This document shows, one piece after another, positions 22,902 through 35,280 of a DNA stretch of 38,726 nt. Both the position numbers and the translations under genes were made by a program. Each line of letters opens with the position of its first letter. The stretch's first letter is position 1. The DNA comes from Sphaeroforma arctica JP610 (lineage: Eukaryota): the NCBI RefSeq assembly GCF_001186125.1, contig NW_014040103.1:1-38726 (forward strand). The letters are read 5' to 3'. The notes under the pieces are model-generated. The model was given only the letters and a program-made list of their open reading frames with translations. It was not told the DNA's origin and ran no database searches.

Positions 22902-25900
22902 TTACGGTCGGATAAACCATGGCTGCTTGCCCTCTTCGAGCTCGCCGACCTTGATGTGTGATGTGATCCTAAATACCAAATCAGAAAATCAGATGAGAAA
23001 GGGTCTTGACTCTTCTTATCGCAGCCATCTTCGCCGTATGCGGGGATTCGAAACAATCACGCAAAACAGCTGACCGTAAGTGAACATAAGGACAAAACCA
23101 GGCGTATATGATCTTTTGCGATATTAAAAAAAGTACAGCAAAGCACAAACAGTATAAGGCTTCAACAGCATGCCAAGTCAATAAATAACACAAGTCTCCA
23201 AAACGAGTAATAAGAACTCACGAAATAGATACTAAAAATACATACTTGTCGGTACACAGCAATCTGATACGCTCACAGGTCGCCGGCGCATCCAGACGGA
23301 ATCGGCCTGAGATACCCTCATCCGCACGAGCGGCAGCGATGGCGTCTTTGATAGCCGAGTGCACAGACACAGCTAGGAACAGGGGAGGCTCGCCCACCGC
23401 CTTGCTACGGTACACCGCGCGTGTGCAGAAGGACTCCTCTAGTAGGTGTACGTTGAAGGTCTGTGGGATGTCTCTGAACCCAGGGATCTTGTACATACCT
23501 GGTCCGACCGTGCGCAAGCGTCCCTAGAGTCCGAGGAGCAATCGAGTTTCGATCGTTATTCAAAATGCGATGCAAAACATGTTCGACAGGGTATGTATCA
23601 GCGAAAGAAAGTGCAACCACAAAAAGCATCCATAAAGCTCCCAGCCTTATGAACTCAGAAAGCGATGCTTCACCATACCTCCGCACTCCATAGCAATTCT
23701 TCCATGGTGAACAAGCCTACGCCTTGCATGAATGCACCTTCAATCTGGCCCACGTCGATAGCCGGGTTAATGCTCTGTCCGACATCCATACACAGATCCG
23801 TTTGCAAGATCTGAGACGAAGATATAATTTCGAGAGTATGTACGACAGATTTGTAAGACAAATTGAAACAACTTGGTATATCCTCGCTTCAAATAATAGC
23901 TCCGCTCCGACGATAGCGAGCACGTACAATAATGCGATACTAGCGAATCACAATACGACATGTATATAGCCTTATGCAAGTACACGCACGATATTGGTAC
24001 AAAACACACCTGCACTTCTCCGGTGAGAGTGTCAATCTCCACCTCAGACATAGCCGCGCCGTAACTGTGGTAGTGGAATGGTTTGCCCTCGCCCTTGATG
24101 AAATCAAACCCAATGCCGGGGGTGGAGAAGTACCCGGTGGTAGAGAGTGAAACGCAGTCAAGGTACGCACGGTTGACGGCATCCTGGAAGGTGCGAGTGG
24201 TCTTGGTGCCGTCCTCTGTAATATAGAGGCAGACGAGTTTCAGTACTATACATGGGAGAAGCATTCTCAGACACTGAAGACACGGTAAGTGCGCCCCACA
24301 CACGTGCAACACCCAATTCATTGTGCCATGAAAATGGATACATAGTGACCAATGAGATCAACAGAAACTCCATTTAAATATTGAGAGTGAAAAAATACGT
24401 TCGCTGGGCGAAGTCAAGCTTCCCGCACACGCTTAAACAAGACATACCATTCTCATCGTAAAGATACGGCTGCAGGCGCTCAATAATGATGAGGCACGCA
24501 TTGCGCACAGCGGCTCCGTTCAGATCCGAACTCGCCGACGCGGCGGTGGGTGACGTGTTGGGTACCTTGTCTGTGGCTGTCTCGTTGATATACACGCGAT
24601 CAGGTGAGATGCCGAACTCGTTGCATACTACAGCGTATATCTTGGTGTGAAGACCCTGGCCCATCTCTGTACCACCGTGCGTGACCAACACGGACCCGTC
24701 CTGTACACGAAGAGAAGACCTGGGTGTTAGTAAAGTGAATATGATACAACAAATACATATTCGAGGCGATGCGCTCATGCCATTATTCCGCAGAGCGTAA
24801 CTTGAAAATCATTAAAAAGGCCAAACATTGCGTATACTGCTGAAAACGACATGACGGGCCACATGCTATACTGCGCTTGAGGTCGCATGCTCGGTTGATA
24901 CCATACCACCCCAGAAACCTACAATGAGCACCAGAACTCACCAAGTAAACATGCACCAGAGCACCCGCCTGATTCAGATGGTTGATGGTGAAGGAGATAC
25001 CAAACTTGGTTCCCACTGCCTGGATGCCTCGCTTTCTGAACCGATTCTTCCTATTAAACTCGGCAATCTCTGCGCACCTCTGCTCGTAATGGCCCTTCTC
25101 CATGACCTTGACCAGACACCTGTCGGCATCGTAGTGTTGTAGCTTCATGCAGTAGTGGGTCTCCTCTCCGACCTTGTACATGTTCATCTGCTTCACTTGC
25201 ATAGCTGGCAGCCCGGTAGTACGAACGACATCGTCCATAACCACTTCGGCGAAGAACATGGCCTGCGGTGCGCCAAAGCCTCGGAAAGCGGTGTTGGACA
25301 CTGTGTTGGTACGCACAACCTGCCCCTCTATAACGTGGGTTAGAAAGTGTAATGATGAAATGAGATGGATGCATACAAACCGATTAAACATATGTTTGGA
25401 CATTGGAACCAAGTTAATACGACGCTACAAAACATATAGAACATGGTCATTCATTTGAATAAGAGCACATGGTATGTACGTACAGACGACTATGAAGCCT
25501 TAATTGCAATACACAGTCAATGACGTATCGACAGAATTCCATGAGGAACTCAACAAACACACCTGCTCGGAAGTTGGCGTATCGGTACACGTTCTCGCAA
25601 TGGAAGATGGCACGATCCACCACCGCTTCCGACAAGTCCATGGAGTAGCCTCCATTGGCCCACATGCGCATATGACACGCTATCACTCGCCCGTCTTTGT
25701 TGAACCCCACCTTGTACTTGCACAGGAAGGGGTGGCGGTGTCCCGAGCTGATCATATCCTCGTCACGATCCAGCATGCACTTCACCGGCTTGCCCACAAC
25801 AACGGCGCTCATGGCACACAGACTGGACAGCATGACTGACCGCGACTCCTTGCCGCCAAAGCCGCCGCCCATACGCTTGACCTTGCACGTGACGCGGTTC

Positions 25901-28900
25901 GCTGGCACACCCGCAACGATGGCCGCCTGCATCTGGGTCTTTGTGGGCGCCTGTGTGGACACGTGCATCTCCAACTCACCACTCTCCTTGGGGATGACGT
26001 ACGACGCCATGGTCTCCAGGTAGAAGTGCTCCTGCGCGCCGGTACGGGCCTCGCCCTCAATCACATAGTCACAGCTATCCCACGCCTCATGCACGTTGCC
26101 ACGCTCAAGGCAACGGACGGGTGAGAAGCCTGCGTTCTCGCTCCCCAGAGCTTCCTCGATGGTCAGTACGGGTGTGAGCACTTTGTACTCGACGGCGACC
26201 TTCTTGGCCGCCAGCTGAGCGCGCTCGTGTGTGTCTGCCAGTACGACAGCGACGAACTGCCCGAACGACGTCACGGTCTTGCTGCGAATGAGCTCTTCAT
26301 CCTTGATAACGGGACCTGTGTTGTGGTGTTCGATGTTCGCTTGAGACGATAATCACAATAGATTATGGGAATGTACGTCCATGTGTATGGTTGTGTATGA
26401 TCGCTGGCGTCCGTCGAGCAATGGAACAGCCATCAACACGAGCCAACAGCCTTGTCGACGATCGCAAAATATATATTTGACTAGGCTAGATTATATCAAG
26501 TTCATCACACCTAGAGGCTGAGTGCAATGAGCTAATCCTTCATAAACGGGTATTGTTGTTATTGCATCAGAGAATCGGATTCTAACACCGCCGTCAAATT
26601 GATTGAGCTTTCATCAGGCACATCAAGTACAGAAACGGTTTCTGCATTTTCCATTGTGCTCTATGGTCTAATCACAAAGTGCCGGCATGCATGCATATTC
26701 AAGCTCTAAATTATAATACGGCTACAATTCGTACATACGTACACAAGTTTGCACCAATCCAAATTGACACACATAATAACGCCCCCACCCGCATAGGAGT
26801 TCCTGATCAGCATACCTTGCTTGTTCTCGCCGGGGACGTCCTTGGCATACAACACGTCGTAGACACCGTCCATCTCCATAGCAACCGATATGTCCACCTC
26901 CAAAATCTCGGCGTGGGCGTGCTTGCTCCAGACGATACCGGCGTATAGTGTACCCTTAACATCCACAATGTCATCCACGTAGAGAGCTTCTCCTGAGGTT
27001 TGCTTATCAGCTGTCGAATCGAGTAAAGTGATGCGATCATAGGGTTAGTTTAAATTCCATCATCAGCACACTCTGATGGGTTCATGGTGCAATGAATCAG
27101 TCGCACAACCTAAACGTATGTCAAAACATCGGTCACCCGCACTGAACTTTCTACATCAGAGTTAGAACCTCAACAGATCACTCCAGTGAAATTCAGAGCC
27201 ACTATAGAGAGCACCCACTTTGTACTAACCCTTGGCAAGCTATAGTATAGTACCACACCAATTAATCAACCAGCACACAAAAACCTCCGCAGCACGCCCT
27301 TTCGCAAGTCAGGAAATTGATCCAGTTATACAGCCACACAGTCACACAACCGACCAAAGTCCCTCGCATCCATACCTGACACGTGCGCGGTAGGCTTGTG
27401 GAGGATCTCGTGCCCTGGCTGAGGCAGGGGAGTGGGCATGGTCTTGGCCTCGGGTTCCATACGTTTGAAGACCTGGGCGCTTTTGCTCACAGGGCGTTCG
27501 TACCGTTCGGCACTTGACTTCCAGCTCGCGGGGATGTCGTGCTGAGGGTTAGAGATAGACACGTTTCCGATTAGTAAAGAATTCACGTCATTGTCTGGCT
27601 TGACTAGCCGTTATGATATAATCGCAGGCGATGAGTGGCGTGAGATACCTGGGTACCAGGCAAGAATTAGGGTCAACACGTACTGAAATAGAGGTACAGT
27701 GTTCGATTGATGAAGGCCTACACTCTATAGAATGAACTATCAGCGACGTTGCAGCTGATGTGCGGAACACCCTAGTACCCGTAAGATAACGCCAGCGAAT
27801 GTCTTGCGTGCAAGTACCCCTCATCGAAAAAACAAAAACATGCAGCCAGATGCAGTCCTGTATACACAAGCTACCCACTTCGAAGTATATCTACGAGCCA
27901 TTACAATGGCCAGTCGGCCTTGCACGTGACTCACGGTGGAGCCCATTCCCATAACATGCATCGCCCATAACTACCTGTATCTTGCCAGAAATGCTGATGA
28001 AGAACTTGAAGAAGAAGCTGGTGACCAGACTCATGCGGTACTCCGCCATGCCTCCGGGTGTGTGCGCGGGTAAGTAGATTTCCTGCGTGAGGCGTCCACA
28101 GGCGTCTTCCAACAGCCCCTCCCGACCCCATACCTGCCCCACCAGCCACTGTGCCGTCTCCTTGGCCTGCACACTGATGGGACCAACCCCGCCAAAGCAC
28201 ATGCTGCACTCGGCAACGGTGTAGATGGGTTTGCCAGCGTCTATTGTGTGAGGATATAGGAGGAGACAAGAGGGCATGAGAATGAACCAGCCGCGCGTGC
28301 GATTAACCCAAATCCGCGGTTTCACACGGTAGATTGCGGTAATGAATGGAAACGACTGCTACCCGCTCTATGCAACTTGGAATTTGAAGGGGTAAGGATA
28401 GTACTTGGAGGCGGCTGTAATTAACCGCCACAATTAGCTACAACTTGGACACACACCGTTTGTCCCGGAATCAGTCAATCGCACGCGCAGCGCTGAGTTG
28501 ACGATGGCAATATCGTCGTCCTTTCTGCGTGCCTGTTTGTAGGATTCCACGAACTCGTTCTTCTTCGTGAACGGGATATGCAGAGACACCAGAACATCGT
28601 CCTGCTTCAGAGCAGTTGTGCGATACCTACATAGTACATGTGAATAGAATACAAAGTCGTCAGCAAATGCGACTATATATCTATATCTATATATATATAT
28701 ATACAGCTACATTCGAGTCTCTGATGGCCGGCGCAGAGTACTTCCATCTGTATTTTCCCCTACCTTTCACATAGACAGAGATTGAGACAAGGCAACGAAC
28801 AAAGAACCCCCAAACTATGAAACGCAGCGCACACACTTAGCAGGAGCCCGTGCTTAGCTGACTAACCATTACATTACATGTCCAACCCAGCTACCCCCTA

Positions 28901-31900
28901 TCAGTATTACGCACCAAGTTCGTGCCTGGTGTCGCAGAAGGAAACGATATATGTATCACACACATTCATTCAAGAACAGGCAGCAGCCGAGCAAGATACA
29001 GGGAACAACTGGATCCCACCGAGTGAGAAGACACTCAGGCCAACATCCATTTGCAAGCGAGCATGCCATTCACTGCTGCATAGACGAGAACATACTTGAG
29101 GAAAAACTCGGTCATGGGCACGATACGTGGCTCCTTGTTGTGGCATTGCACAGTTACAGAGGCACCGCTGGCCACCCACAGTGGGTTCAGATCAGAAATA
29201 GGACTAGCCGTCGCAATGTTTCCACCTGTGATAACGAGGCAGGTGGGTGGACAGGACAGTGGGATGAGACATGGACGGTGAAGCGAGCCAGAGTTGTGAT
29301 GTGCCGAGTGGTTCAGAACCATGATAGGTCTAGCCTACGGTGTGAACAGGCGAAATCTACCAGGTAGCATTCGTCAAACGCAACCTCGAATAAACAAGCA
29401 TCGGCACATATAGAGCTATAGCGAAAGCACTGAGAAAATAAAAGCTCGTTCCGGTCTGCTATGACAAATGCGGTCAAGGTACTTATACGAGTTGAGTACG
29501 GTGAATGCCCAAATTCATATATTGAAAGTACTTTTCGTATCCTATGTTTCCATAGCACACACTCCCATGCCTCTAACGCTCTCCCACTTTTACTGGGGAA
29601 TAAAACATATCCCACACATCATCGATGAACTTCATAATTAATATTTGTCCAAAAAAAACATCACATGTATCCACATAGACCCAATATCAAACATCCAACT
29701 CCCAGCATTTCCCAAGAACATCTACCCACGGACATCGCATACATACCGATCGCCGCAACATTCCGGATCTGATTTCCAGCGAACCACTCCAGCATCTCCA
29801 CAGCAGATGCTAAAGTCTGAGTCTTCTCTGCGCCATTCTTATCCATGATCTCACGGAACCGTCGCTCCATGTCCGCCAGTGTGGTACCTGGAAAACAGCA
29901 CCCGAAGAATCAGAGATTGAACATGTGGATACATATGCACGTGTTTTTGAGACCGTCGTTGACACCCACTTGTACCCTGCATTAATTTCTTAATGCACTA
30001 GTGAAAAGGTATTACAGGGGCCTCGCGCCAGAGCAGTATAGCGTAACGCGCATCAAACATTGGACTAGAACCTTTTTCCCAACAGCTGTAACAAATATGA
30101 CACACTGCTATCTTTTCTGACGCCACATTGCATCCATCATACTTCGTGTGCAAGTCGAGTCGTACTGGACCCAGATTCGTACAGAACATCACCAATTCAC
30201 TACACCATCCTTCCTATCCAACATACCTACACCGATGGCCACCCCATCTTCAAACTCCTGGAAGTCGTTCAGTTCACGCACGTGCATGGCGTGAATGAAG
30301 ACTGGATACTGCATGCCCTTAAACTTCGTCTCTACACCCAGCTCCGTGTTGCCGAACACCATCTTGGCCTCGGGGTGGATGTGCTTCAGGCGGAGAGCCT
30401 GTGTAGGTGTGAGTGTGATAGGTGACGAGGGTAGATTGGCAATGGCATGGTTGATAGATACATAGAACAGGTTTATTTGGTGGTTGACCACGCAGATGAG
30501 ATACCTGACACCACTATGCATTTGACAGCCGTGTGGAATACTCTGTGATAATATTATGTTAGTATCCACGAAATGACGGCCGTAACAGCGATACATTTTA
30601 AACCTGTGACATGTACTTCAACCGCATACAGACAAACAAGCGTGTGCGCATATATCCAGACTAATAGACAATGCACATGGGTATTTGATCGAGATTTTAT
30701 GTGTGTATGACGATCCAGATTTCACTTCAGGTTTACAAATGTGAATAGCTTACCACATGCACGATGTTGAAGAAGTAAATAAACACCAAAAAGCACTAGT
30801 TTTGTGCGTAACAATGTGCGAGTACTAACGGCTTGCTATTTCTGTGCCCACTTCCTTTTATGTTTGTACATAAATTCGTCATATTTAGTGTATAAAAGTG
30901 ATATAATACCTTTACACTCGCGTATACATACAAACAATAGATACACATACACCACGTTGATAGAATAACGTTCGTGACGCCTGTTTCGCCATACAATTAG
31001 ACCTTACAGCAGTAAGACAACGCAGATACCAATGTTCCAGTCTGTACCCTATGTGAATAAGTAGTACACCCAGAAAGACACGTGTACACACACCTCCTCT
31101 AGACACGTAGGCGTGTACCAGGTCATCCTCTCGCCCTTATATTCCAACCCAGTGGTCAGAACACCTTTGCGGCGCAAACCAGGTGGGAAAATAGGCTCTT
31201 GCGATGGATCGTACGGAGTGTACGCGCTGCGGTTTGGATTGACTGTGTTCTCATACGCAGCGTCGTCATCGCAACAACCTGCAGCAACGATGCACACGCG
31301 GGAGGTGATAACAAACAAGGTATCCATCAGTTCATATGCCAAGCGCGCGCGCGCGAGAGGGAGAGAGAGAGAGAGAACATAAGCATGCATGACATCGAAT
31401 TGAATTCGCATAGTTGTTCAGTAGTTGTTCAGCAGGCGCCTGCATGTCCACACGTGTGGGTAGAATGTCAAGAACCACCGATGCAATTCCCTATGGTACT
31501 TTGCATCAACGTGTTTCCTTTTGAAGTTTATGACCCGTCACTGACTGCACTAGCTTGCCAATGCGCGCGCGTTGAATAGCTGCAACCCGTGCGCACTATC
31601 AACATCCTCGTGGATTGTCGGGCACGACCACGTATGCAATATATGTTAATCAAACCGTGTATATCAATCTATAAAGGTGTGCTTGATGCACTACATTTTG
31701 GTTAAATGAGCATGGAAGTATTGCTCTTTGATCTGCACGGCTATACAACCCATACCATTCGCCTGTGTAGTGGGCGCCTTCTTGCCAGAGCCTCCGTTCT
31801 TGCAGCAGTCTGCTCCCATAGGACAGCCATTGGCTTTACCGGTGTCATTTGACTTGGGCTCTTTGTAGATACCAGCGAAGGTGCGGAAGGCATCGTAGAT

Positions 31901-33959
31901 GGGCCTATAACCGGTGCAGCGACATAGATTGCCGTCAAAGGCGTGTTCAATGTCTTCGACACTCTGTTATGGGCAAAAGGGGTCCGTGATCCTTATAAGC
32001 AAAATGCGTGAGCACCGGGGGCGTGTTGAGACACTGGGTATGGAATAGCGTACGAAATGAAATGAATGCTACTTCTACCCATGTGTGTGGGGCTGTGTGG
32101 GGCAAGTTGCTAAGTCTGAACTGATAAGTCAATAGTCAATATATCTGGTTTTAGACTAACGTTTCCAGTACAGAATATATGACCTGTCTATAGTACTAGA
32201 TGAGGGTAGCTCGACGGTTGTATATCGAAAAGTACGTTACACTTAGCACACCGAGTAAATCATCCTTATAACGAACGGAGTGTATTTGTGGCGCTTATAG
32301 GAAGAATATAGCTAAGGTGGCCATGACATGAGCCCAGCATATGCACATATAGGTGTACGATAAAATATACGTTTCTGAATCAGTATGACTACTTGCGTGA
32401 GCAACTAAGCGACCAGTGTACCAAGAAACGAATAAAGATGAATACAAAAGGAACTTGAAACCGTTTCATTTAAATCTACAAAAGCAGAATGTACCAAATT
32501 CGGCCCACAAAGGTGCGCTTCATGCACTCTTATAACTGTTTGCCAAAGATATATTTGATGTGAAGTTTCCATTTGAACGAATGTAAATGCACCAGTACAT
32601 ACAGAGTAAATATCGGTATCAGTTCCTGTATAAATCTTGTGAGAATCACTTATATACAACTGTATGTGTTTTACAAACATAAAAAGAACAAATAGCATGG
32701 GAATATGAACAAAATATATATATATTAATCATAACATACATAACATCTATATCACTATAGATCATGTATTGTATATATCTTAGCGGAAAAATACCTAGTT
32801 GTGATTGTATGTGTACGGAACTAGCATATATAAAGACCTGCGCGTGTACAACGTACGTCGCTACAGAGATATTCGGCCACACTATGAAAGCTCATCAGAA
32901 GTCTTAAAGACATGACTACTTAATTTTGAAATTTACAATATTTATTCGTAAATAACTCACAAAGATACGTACCGGATTCGAGTTATTGCGTAGCAGCGTA
33001 TACATAGACATGACAATCCCCGGTGTGCAGAAGCCGCACTGGGAACCGTGGGCTTTGGCTAGTCGCTCCTGAACCGCATGCAGAGCCTTCTTGGTGTTCC
33101 CTATACCTTCGACTGTGGTGACAGCCATGTTAGCTACCGCGCACAGAGGCATCAGGCAGGCATTTACATTCCTGCCAGGAGAATGCCGAGATTATGAATT
33201 CAGGGTGAGTGATCAGAACGTATACCTAGAAAACTCGAGAGTTCGTGACATGCGGGCGCAGAATAAACACACACTTCACATTCCTCCAATTGTCATGAAC
33301 TCAGGAGTTTCTGAGGTTCATATTTATTCAGCGCCTGGCTTTGCAGTGACCAGACTCTCTCACACGCGACTTAATGAGCTACGACTTTGACACCTCACTT
33401 CACAATGAATTATGTGCACATATGACTCGGACACATCCGACAATCCCACAATTAACTAAACGCCCAACTCGTTATGAAATATAATAAACTCGTTGAAAAT
33501 CCGCTACACAAGGCACAGATGCTAAACTTCGGGTGTCTAATGCAGTAAACAAATAAACTTTATCAGTCCGATTGTATGTCAGCCTCACCTGTGAACGACC
33601 TTGTCGTTGTGGTCGATATGGGACAACATCACAGTGCATGCACCACACCCGCCTTCCGCACAGCCCAGTTTAGTGCCAGTCAAGCCAAGGTCTTCTCGGA
33701 GAAACTGCAGCAGCGTCATCTCCGGTTGTACATTATCTCGCATGATACGGTGGCCGTTCTAAACACAAGACCACAGCGTATTCATTAGTATGAAATCGTA
33801 AGGAAAAATACAGTTTCTGGTCTCGAGATACCGGTAAGACATCGACACAAATGAAAAATAGTATTGTTAATATCAACTGGAATAGCATACCACGTAGGTG
33901 ATGAATTCAGACCGATAGGGCGCATGGTCCTTGTATAGCGCGTTGGTTATGTGCACCAT
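22902..33959 (-). CDS. XDH: Xanthine dehydrogenase (2Fe-2S, FAD and Moco domains), 19 exons
   Basis: Exons (-): 33959-33891, 33758-33589, 33171-32973, 31963-31756, 31278-31094, 30398-30227, 29887-29747, 29225-29096, 28626-28457, 28240-27975, 27541-27376, 27010-26816, 26315-25563, 25327-24942, 24700-24448, 24215-24010, 23810-23679, 23523-23246, 22968-22902. Motifs: [87 protein letters not shown]. Confidence 0.97.
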
Positions 33960-34597
33960 CTTGGCTCGATGTCAACGACGTTGTCGTTTAATCAGGCTGT
34001 TCGATATAAATACTCCTGATGACCGCAAATGAGTTTTTGGTTCACTATTAGAAATAGCTTTTATTTACTACAAACCGCCTTGTGAAACAATCCCAAATTG
34101 CTAGCTTGCCCTCTCTCAAGTCTAACACTATGGATGTACGCTAGCATTCCCTACTTTAGCGGTATGTATATTATAATTACAATATATTTTTAATTACATA
34201 CTTGGACCGGATGTCGTGACGTGCATGTGAATAGGATGACTGCTGATAGCAGAAAAAGGGCTTGTCGGCGCATGTCAATTTTTCAATTTTCAGTTTGTGG
34301 AATCCCTCTCTCTGGGCAGTCGTAAACTCGTAGTTATGCAGCAGGACAGAAAACGTAATAAAAGTATTACGCAATGCCTGGCTGCTGGGAGATTGTGCCT
34401 GCACACTAATGATACCATTGCACTGACCAACCTTTTACGTATAGAACTATATATAAAAATAGGAGGGGGGGGGGGGGGTGTGAGTGGGACAAAGGAAGAA
34501 TTGCTCATTGTTTCAGTGTGTAGTAGCAAATGCCTTTAATTTATTTATTTTCACTTTTTGGAGTAACTATTTTACACGGCACTGACGGCATACGCAA

Positions 34598-35100
34598 TAG
34601 TCACAGACTCACAGTCACAGACTCACAGTCACAGACTACTCTAGTCACACTTCACAGTAACATGAATTCATGACAAAATGACCATGAGTCATCCAACCGC
34701 AGAATATTTTAGGCTGAAGCCCTGAAAAGCTGAAGCCTGAAACTGAAAGGCTGAAGCAGCCTGAACGCCTAAAAGAGGCCAGCTGATAGAAAATCAAAAT
34801 AGTATTTCCGAAAAACTCAGTATTTGAATATTTCATGACCCGTCACAATTGTCATTGTGACTGTGAGTCTGGGACTCTGGGTCTGTGTCTCTGTGACAGA
34901 CTGTGAGACTGAGAGTCTGTCGGGCCAGTGGCCGTTGGCGTCTGAACTCTGAACTCTGGAGTGAGTCTGGACTCTGGACTATATTTAGATTTTGGACATT
35001 CATTTAGACCAACCTTTGAGGCCTTGGTGATGGTCTCAACGCCTCTCTCTCGCTCTCTCAGCCTGTCCACTATGCTAACTGCTGACTGCTGAGGTCTGAC
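34598..35100. repeat. CACAGACT/CACAGT tandem tract and its degenerate inverted counterpart
   Basis: (CACAGACTCACAGT)x~2.5 at ~34602-34637. GTGACTGTGAGTCTG and related motifs run from ~34857 onward. A GCTGAA-rich stretch lies between. Confidence 0.7.
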
Positions 35101-35280
35101 GGGACACCCGTACAGTCAGCTGTAATCGAACGAGTGGAGACTCTGAATTTTTGGCGGTATTGTGTACAATTTTGCTACATTACAAGAAGTCATTTATTTT
35201 CACTAAGCTGTTATCTTAATCCGCATCGGATCACACGCGCAATATCGATGTCCGCCTCTCCTTTGTCGTGACTGTGCGAA

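Noticed and set aside
13712..33959. Functional cluster of a sulfide-producing enzyme with sulfurated-Moco XDH
   Set aside because: Moco sulfuration uses an L-cysteine NifS-type sulfurase, not D-cysteine desulfhydrase. Adjacency alone is not evidence.
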